A stretch of DNA of 63,960 nt, counting the filler, from Phoronis australis (Eukaryota > Animalia > Phoronida): assembly GCA_002633005.1 (NCBI GenBank). It is 6 parts of 6 records of this genome, joined end to end, with 100 filler letters (N's around TTAATTAATTAA, not from the genome) between each part and the next. Parts side by side here need not be neighbours in the genome. Positions count along the whole stretch, not along the records: positions 52,468 to 60,206 come from NMRA01001985.1; positions 60,307 to 63,960 come from NMRA01002915.1; 4 more parts are not named here. One strand, written 5' to 3'. The position numbers and the translations under genes are program-made. Below are positions 57,190 through 63,960 of this stretch, piece by piece; the stretch's first letter is position 1, and each line of letters opens with the position of its first letter. Under the pieces are notes generated by a model. It did no database searches. It was not told the origin of the DNA and worked only from the letters and a program-made list of their open reading frames with translations.

Positions 57190-57599
57190 ATGTCGAAGAG
57201 GCACATTCAATCGCTGTTCTATACGTTGTCGTCAACTCAAGGAAAACCCGTTTTGAGTGTAATGCGATATCATAATCATGTCGCGGGAAAAGTGACTGGC
57301 TTTCAGCACTCGGTGAACATAACCGGTCAAGTGAAAGCTGCATGCATTCGTGGACTGGACAAGTGCTCATATATCTTTGCAAAGCAATGCAACGTAATCA
57401 CGGCTCAAAAACTAAAACAGTCTGCTCAGATGTTAAACTTATACAGCAGAATATATGATCGGGAAACAGCTCGAAATATGGTTTCGAAATTTAGTCGCAA
57501 CATAGTAAAGAATAAGAAAGGTCACCCTCTCGGCTTCTTATTTGGTGCTATTTTATTTTCGTGGGAAAAAGAGAGGATCCATGATGATGAACTTCACAG
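57190..57599 (+). CDS. STARD7: StAR-related lipid transfer protein 7 (mitochondrial), first coding exon
   Basis: QCNVITAQKLKQSAQMLNLYSRIY..LFGAILFSWEKERIHDDELH resembles the STARD7 N-terminus (QCRFVTGLRVRRAQQIAQLYGRLY..FVWDEERIQEEELQR); basic presequence-like start; donor AG|GTAGGG. START-domain exons not found in the window. Confidence 0.85.
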
Positions 57600-58484
57600 G
57601 TAGGGAGGAAAACGTATTTTTAATTTTTTACAATACTGATGTGTAAAACATTTTTGAAAAGCCCTTGGTGTGAGAAATGAAATGGTGCAAAAATCAGAAA
57701 AATTGGATGAGCGGTTGACTAGCAAATGGCCGTTGAAACGTGACGATTATGCGTAAAATATCTACCTTTTTACATAATTTCGTAAAAAATCAAGGAATAT
57801 ACATGTGCTGCATATAAAAAGATTCGTCTCATTGAGACAAACATGGTGGTGTGTATTATNNNNNNNNNNNNNNNNNNNNNNNNNNNNNNNNNNNNNNNNN
57901 NNNNNNNNNNNNNNNNNNNNNNNNNNNNNNNNNNNNNNNNNNNNNNNNNNNNNNCAGGCTCATCATGTTTGATGAAAACAATGGATTACACAGCTTAAAA
58001 GGTAAAGAGCAAAGACACCACATCAGCTCAGAAATAAATACATCTGAGCTAGGAGGAAATTTCACATCAAATCACAAGATCACATTGGTGGATTTGGGGG
58101 GGGGCAAGGGGGCCTGGCCCGTGGCCCCCCTAAAACTCCCATATTTCATTTGGTAGTTTGAGGGTGCAAATATCTTACGGGTAAAATCCTGCGTAATACT
58201 CTGCCCTGCCCCTCCACCTCCTATCTAAAAATCCCAGATCTGCCCCTGAATACTACTACAAGGGCAACACATCATTGCCTGGGCAGTGACAAGGGGCTGG
58301 GAGAGGCTATAGCTCCCCCACTTTTTTCAGTGCTGGGTTCCACCCATGTACTATTAGATCGTATCATGGCAAAAAGCATCAGAAAGTAGACAAAAGACCA
58401 TTTGGGAAAACAAATCACTCTTAACATGAAGGATTTCATCATTTACGCTACAAAAACTTTGTAACAACTTTATTTCGAACAGTA

Positions 58485-58994
58485 AAGTTGCGATGCCATT
58501 GAACTTTAACGTAGCCGCTGGTGGCGCTGACATGCGACGACTTAGTGAACTAGCGACTGCCAATGCGCAGCAGTTTGACAGGATTTCTGAAAATGAAATA
58601 ATTACCAATTAAAAGAGTGATAAATTCCTCATCTAAAAATCGTGGGGGCATATTGCGCAACTGGAAAAACATCAATCTCCCGACCGACCAAAATTAGGCC
58701 TTCCGGACGATCGAAAACTCGCCATGAAAACTTGGCATTGACTTCGAGAAAACAACTTGAGGAGATGCGCACACATCTAAACTACATCCTGTCCTAATTT
58801 CATGTTTGTATTTGAGAGTATAGTGCTCTTTTGAATAGGAGGAACAAGAGGTACTTTTTCGAAAGTTAATCGCATGGCGGAAAATCGTGCGCTAAAAAAA
58901 GCTTACAAAAATGATTTATCAGTGATAATTTGAGACAAAAAGATGACAAACTTACAAATAAAGACTAAGGTAACGATTTATAACACAAAATTGT
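58485..58994 (-). repeat. Inverted copy of the 51841-52362 repeat
   Basis: Direct reverse-complement comparison. Confidence 0.9.
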
Positions 58995-59065
58995 GACCCA
59001 CCACCACAAAATGAGTCTTAAGTCGGGATTTGACATTTTTTTAATTGTTATATTTTCTGAAAATA

Positions 59066-59269
59066 CAGTGTTTTCTGATCATTTTGAGGTACGAAACATG
59101 TCCCTATCTTCACAAATGACCGAGTTATTGCCAATTCTAGTCGGGGAAAGCGAAAATTTAGAGCTTTCAGTGTTTTCTGATCATTTTGAGGTATGACACA
59201 TTTCCTTATCTTCACAAATAACCGAGTTATTGCCAATTCTAGTCGGGGAAAGCGAAAATTTAGAGCTTT
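59066..59269. repeat. 102-bp tandem duplication
   Basis: Units start at 59066 and 59168 (cagtgttttctgatcattttgaggta..gcgaaaatttagagcttt). Confidence 0.92.
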
Positions 59270-60517
59270 CAAAAGTCAAGGAAAATGGCCGACAAAAAGT
59301 GCCGATAGTGTCTTTAAAATTTCCATAGCAACCTGCAGTTGAATGCTACATTTCAGACTTATTAATATACACAACAACATAAACAGATAAAATTAATCAA
59401 AATTAGAAAGAATATAGACCTTATTATGTATTCTCAGCCAAAAAGGAGTGATATTCATGTTGGGTTGCTGCAACTGGGTCAATAAATTTCCCAGCTAAAG
59501 TATACAGGGTCAGTCCACTTGTGGCAGGACGGGTTACCGCACGAGTAAAACAAGTAGTTAAGTGCATTTTGTAGAAGTTTAATAAAATGAAGTCCTTTTA
59601 GATTACAAAATACACGTTTCTGGCTGATTTTTGTGCAAAATAATTCAAAATTTTACGCTAGTGTGAATAATTTTGTAAAAAATGACAATCACTCATCCCT
59701 ATCCAAGTCCACTGACACTGACTGAAGAGCAACGATTTCTTCGACTTCTCACCGAGTGATTCAGCCCTATCGAAGATTGTTCTCTCTTGCAGTAATATTC
59801 AGCTGCTTACACCCCGATCCACTGGCTTTGCAGATACAAGACATTGTTGTGCGATTAAGCTAATCCGGACTGTTTTCTTCAAGTTCTGTTTGTTCCAATC
59901 CAACGACTTGGAATCCAACGTAACCGTATTCGCGATGGGTCGATCATGAAACTCATCTGGCGACGGGTTGCTGTCGTCAGACGACTCGTCGCTGTCCCGA
60001 AATTCCTCCTTGTCTCCATCAACAAATGTGCTCTGATGAGTTCAGTTAATTCTCGCTGATCTTGATACGGCAGTCAGAGGCAAGAGTTAATCACTGAGGT
60101 ATCAGCTACACGGCGACCAGCCATCTTACGGTCTTGAAAACATGCCGTGACCTCGCGACCCCACAGTTTCACACCCACTTAACTAGTTCTAGCGAATGAG
60201 GTCAGCNNNNNNNNNNNNNNNNNNNNNNNNNNNNNNNNNNNNNNNNNNNNTTAATTAATTAANNNNNNNNNNNNNNNNNNNNNNNNNNNNNNNNNNNNNN
60301 NNNNNNCAGAACTTCAACAACTCCCAAAATTTGGTTAAACATTTGAGCTCTTACACATGAAGTAGCCAGCAAGAAAGAAACTTCCTGGCCAATCACCAAA
60401 ATTGGTCAATCGATAACTGCACATCCTAGAACTTTTTAAAAAATCTGACTTTAAACAATCAATCTCAGATAGTTTAACTTGTGTTAAGATTTTATTAACA
60501 GAAAACAGGATGCAATG

Positions 60518-61320
60518 GCAGATAGAGCTGGAGACTGAGATAATGGCAGAGTACAGAGTGAAAGATGACACAGAATAGAGACTTAGAGAGAGAGGCTTAC
60601 AGATAGAGACAGTGCTAAGCTTGAAAGAAGGCAGAAGAAGAAGTTTAGAGATAGAGACAATGTGAAGAGTAAGAGAAGACAAAGAAAGAGGCCTAAGGAT
60701 AGAGACAATGTGAACTGTGAGAGAAGACAGAGGAAGAGGAATAGAGATAGAGGCAGTGTGCAGATTAAGAGAAGACAGAGGAAGAGGCTTAGAGGTAGAG
60801 GCAGTGTGAAGAGTGAGATAGAGACAGTGTGAAGAGTGAGAGAAGATGGAGCAAGAAGCTGAGAGTTAGAAGCAGCGTGGAGAGAAAGAGAAGACAGAAG
60901 AAGAGGCTTACAAACAGAAGCAGTGTGAAGAGTGATATAGGGGCAGTGTGCAGAGCGAGAGAAGACAGAGGAAGAGGCTGAGAGTTAGAGGCAGTGTAGA
61001 GAGAAAGAGAAGACAGAAGAAGAGGTTTACAAACAGAAGCAGTGTGAAGAGTGAGATAGGGGCAGTGTGCAGAGTGAGAGAAGACAGAGGAAGAGACTTG
61101 GAGATAGAGGCAGTGTGAAGAGTGAGATAGGGAAAGCGTGCAGAGTAAGGGAAGACGGAGGAAGAGGATGAGAGTTAGAGACAGTATGGAGAGAAAGAGA
61201 AGACGGAAGAAGAGGCTTATATACAGAAACAATGTGAAGAGTGAGACAGGGAAGAGGCTTAGAGATAGAACCATTGTGAAGAGTGAGATAGAGACAGTGT
61301 GAAGAGAGAGAGAGACACTG
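60518..61320. repeat. GA-rich degenerate minisatellite in a PFK intron
   Basis: Recurrent gaagagtgagatagagacagtgt and gagaagacagaggaagaggctt units beginning at the exon donor. Confidence 0.9.
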
Positions 61321-61322
61321 AC

Positions 61323-62490
61323 CTGAGCTGACGAGCTCTACCAATAGACTATTCCACTCTTGTCTAAACATGTCAGCACCAGTCAAACTACCATCACCAC
61401 CAATCACCACTAGGTTAGTGATATTGTGCTGGACCAAGTTGGCTGCAGCTTTGAGACGACCCGCACGTTCCCTGAAGTCCTGGCAACGTGCACTGCCAAT
61501 GATTGTGCCACCCTGATGAATGATGCCCGAGACCGACTCCCAGTGGGCTTCAACAATATTATCACCACCATTAACCATGCCTTGATAACCCTGTAAGAAC
61601 AATAAACTGTTTGAAAGAAAAATGTGTGTAATAAAAGGAAACTGGTTCAAGGGAAAAATTGCCTGACAAATGAAATGCGACACTAGTGAACAATTTCAGA
61701 CAAAAACTAACCCAGTAAAAGGTGATCATTCACGAGGGACAAACAAGGTATTAGATATTCTGAAAATGCATCACATAAATTAAAACAACATGTGAATGAA
61801 TGATGTATATTGTTAGTTGTTCACAAACACTGACAATAGTTGTTGGTCAAGAAAAACTAAAACTGGCCATCATTCCAGAATTTCTTCTGATCACATCAAT
61901 TTCAAATGATGGATATGGCGATGTTTGAAACATTTGAGGTTTCTCAGTATTATTTACTTTCTAAGTTAAACATTTCGCCCTGTTTAATTGGAAAAAATCT
62001 AATTTGACTTAGTTTTTACTATCATAAAATCAGTCTCATAATATTGCGTATTGTGGTAGGATTCTTATGCCCTTTACCAAAAAGAACCATGAAACCACCA
62101 GGGACCCCATAAATATTCCAGAGTTTATTGAGTTTGGCCAAGTACACCCTGCAGCCCAACATACAGAACCATACTTATCCCCTCTATGAAGTACCTCCTA
62201 CAGCTCACACAGAGGTCAATTTTACTTACCTCCTTTATGAAGTACACCCTGCAACCCACATACAGACCCATACTTATTGCCTCTAAGAAATACATCCTAC
62301 AGTTCACATACAGGCCGGTTTTACTTTTACTTTTACTTTACCTCCTGCAGCCCACATACAGATATCCCCTCTCAGAAGTACATCCTACAGCCCACATAGA
62401 GGCCAGTTTTACTTACCTCCTTTATGAAGTATACCCTGCAGCCCACATACAGACCCATGCGCACTACAGCTCTCACAGCTGCATTCATGC
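61323..62490 (-). CDS. PFK: ATP-dependent 6-phosphofructokinase, two N-terminal internal exons
   Basis: Exons 62490-62417 (74 nt, [25 protein letters not shown]) and 61590-61323 (268 nt, [62 protein letters not shown]); GT-AG, in phase. Confidence 0.97.
62140..62459 (-). repeat. Tandem array derived from the 3' end of the PFK exon plus its splice donor
   Basis: About seven ~45-50-bp subunits (aagtaca(c/t)cct(g/a)cagcccacata..) near 62140, 62189, 62240, 62288, 62340, 62376, 62427; the last is the real exon. Confidence 0.85.
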
Positions 62491-62907
62491 CTGGAAATAC
62501 AAATAATTGGAAATTCATAAATTTAATGAAAATTTACATTTTTATTTCACTGATGTTCCCATTACTAAATCTCTGATATTCCATCAATAGATTGCTCTCA
62601 TTCCAGCAGCATGCCTCCATCACATGTAATCCATGTAGGGCGTCAGACTTTCTCCAATAATAGACCATAGGTATGATCAATGACTACAGCTGAACACTTG
62701 CACAACAAGAGCAGGGCACAGGAAGACATAATGAAGAGTTACCAACAGACCAACTCAAATCTGTATCAACAAGTCTTCCAAATCACAAACAGAACCAATC
62801 TTCACTGAGGGGGTAAATTCATCATAATGATAAAAATGACCATTAAATCAACTCACAAATTATCCCAATTAGCCACAAATCAGCCATGGTGAAGTCATCC
62901 CATAACA

Positions 62908-63340
62908 AGGGATGAAATCAACAATTGGTTGATTTCAGAGCCTGAGTCCTTACACAGACTTCAAAACCAGCTAGCTGAACCGCAAAATCCAATGGCCAGT
63001 GGTCAGACCTCAAAAGGCAATGTCCAGTACCTCAAAACTAGATGGCACCACCCAAAAACTGGTTGGCCGGACCTAAAACGGGTTGGGTGGACTTAAAACG
63101 GGTTGGGTGGACTTAAAACAATTTGGCCGGTGCTCACAAACACAATGGCTGAACATATCGGGCTCAACTTTCAAAGCGAGTCTCTGAGGAAGTTCGACCG
63201 TTGTTTTTAATCACTGGCCAACTAGTTATAGCACCAGCCATCGAGTTTTGGGTCTAGCCAATTAGTTTTTTGGGTGAAACCATCACATTTTGAAATCCAG
63301 ACAAGTGGTTTTGAAGTCTGACCAATAGTTGATTCCCCTG
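62908..63340. mobile_element. MITE-like element with imperfect TIRs and internal 20-bp tandem repeats
   Basis: agggatgaaatcaacaattggt..cagacttcaaaacca vs tggttttgaagtctgaccaatagttgattcccctg; internal ggttgggtggacttaaaac repeats. Confidence 0.55.
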
Positions 63341-63960
63341 CATAGGGTACAATCGTTTATGGGATAATTAGAGCTGCAAATCACCCATGCAAAAATTATT
63401 TGGTAGTCGCAAATTTCCCATTGGGAAATTATTACATAGGAAGTATTTTCACTTACGTTGCCAGAACGTCACGACAAGAACTATCCACAATCAGTTGACC
63501 AAACAATAGGAGGGCCACTTTTCCAAACAACACTTGGAAAACCCTTGAGAAAAAATGGCCACTTAGGAGATGTTACAGTACCAGTAATCAAGGATTGCCC
63601 AAAAATTTAATGATGCTGGCACATTGCAATATTTGCAAACCTCTGTGTCAAGTTTCATTGAAATCCATCACTTAGATCTCTATGAATACCAACTGGAAAT
63701 TCCCTTCCCCAAAATGGCCACTAAGAGGTGCTGCAGAGCTCAAATTCAAATCAAACAGAGAAGGCGCATTTATCATAAAACTCTGTGTCCAGGTTCATTG
63801 AAATTCGTCAATCGGTTTAATTTCTACTTATCCTCTTCTGCCAAACAAAATTTGAAATGAAAGCGCTCCGAGGAGCGAAACTTGGCGAAATCAACCAAAA
63901 AGATGACGATAAAGATGATGACGAAGATGACGACGATGGTGGCGAGGATGAACAAAAGAA

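Noticed and set aside
60335-61274. Leu/Ser-rich ORFs as membrane proteins
   Set aside because: Translations of the GA/CT minisatellite in a PFK intron.
63901-63960. Asp-rich coding exon at the window end
   Set aside because: A GAY-type simple repeat following repeat-like sequence; no splice or start support and truncated by the window edge.

Overview
AT-rich, intron-containing animal genomic DNA, most likely a marine invertebrate (inferred from gene structure and repeat types, not certain). It is assembled from contigs joined by artificial 100-bp N/TTAATTAATTAA linkers, so adjacency across gaps is unproven. Genes spliced by hand: a complete 11-exon SLC22 transporter (minus, 5184-18874, 590 aa); the 3' six exons of a tandem paralog (26907-31165); two exons of an unidentified coiled-coil protein; ARL1 exons 2-6; STARD7 exon 1; two 6-phosphofructokinase exons. 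Between the SLC22 copies is an intronless orphan reading frame with ~110-aa acidic repeats, broken by a single TAG. Most interesting non-genic structures: a head-to-head palindromic pair of tRNA-like Pol III units just 3' of the SLC22 stop; two Penelope-like retroelement relics with hammerhead-like motifs (one with inverted pLTR, 10-bp TSD and an empty site in the paralog); an 18-bp P-element-like footprint beside its empty site; and duplicated exon ends with intact splice donors in PFK and ARL1. All calls are by eye; no searches were run.
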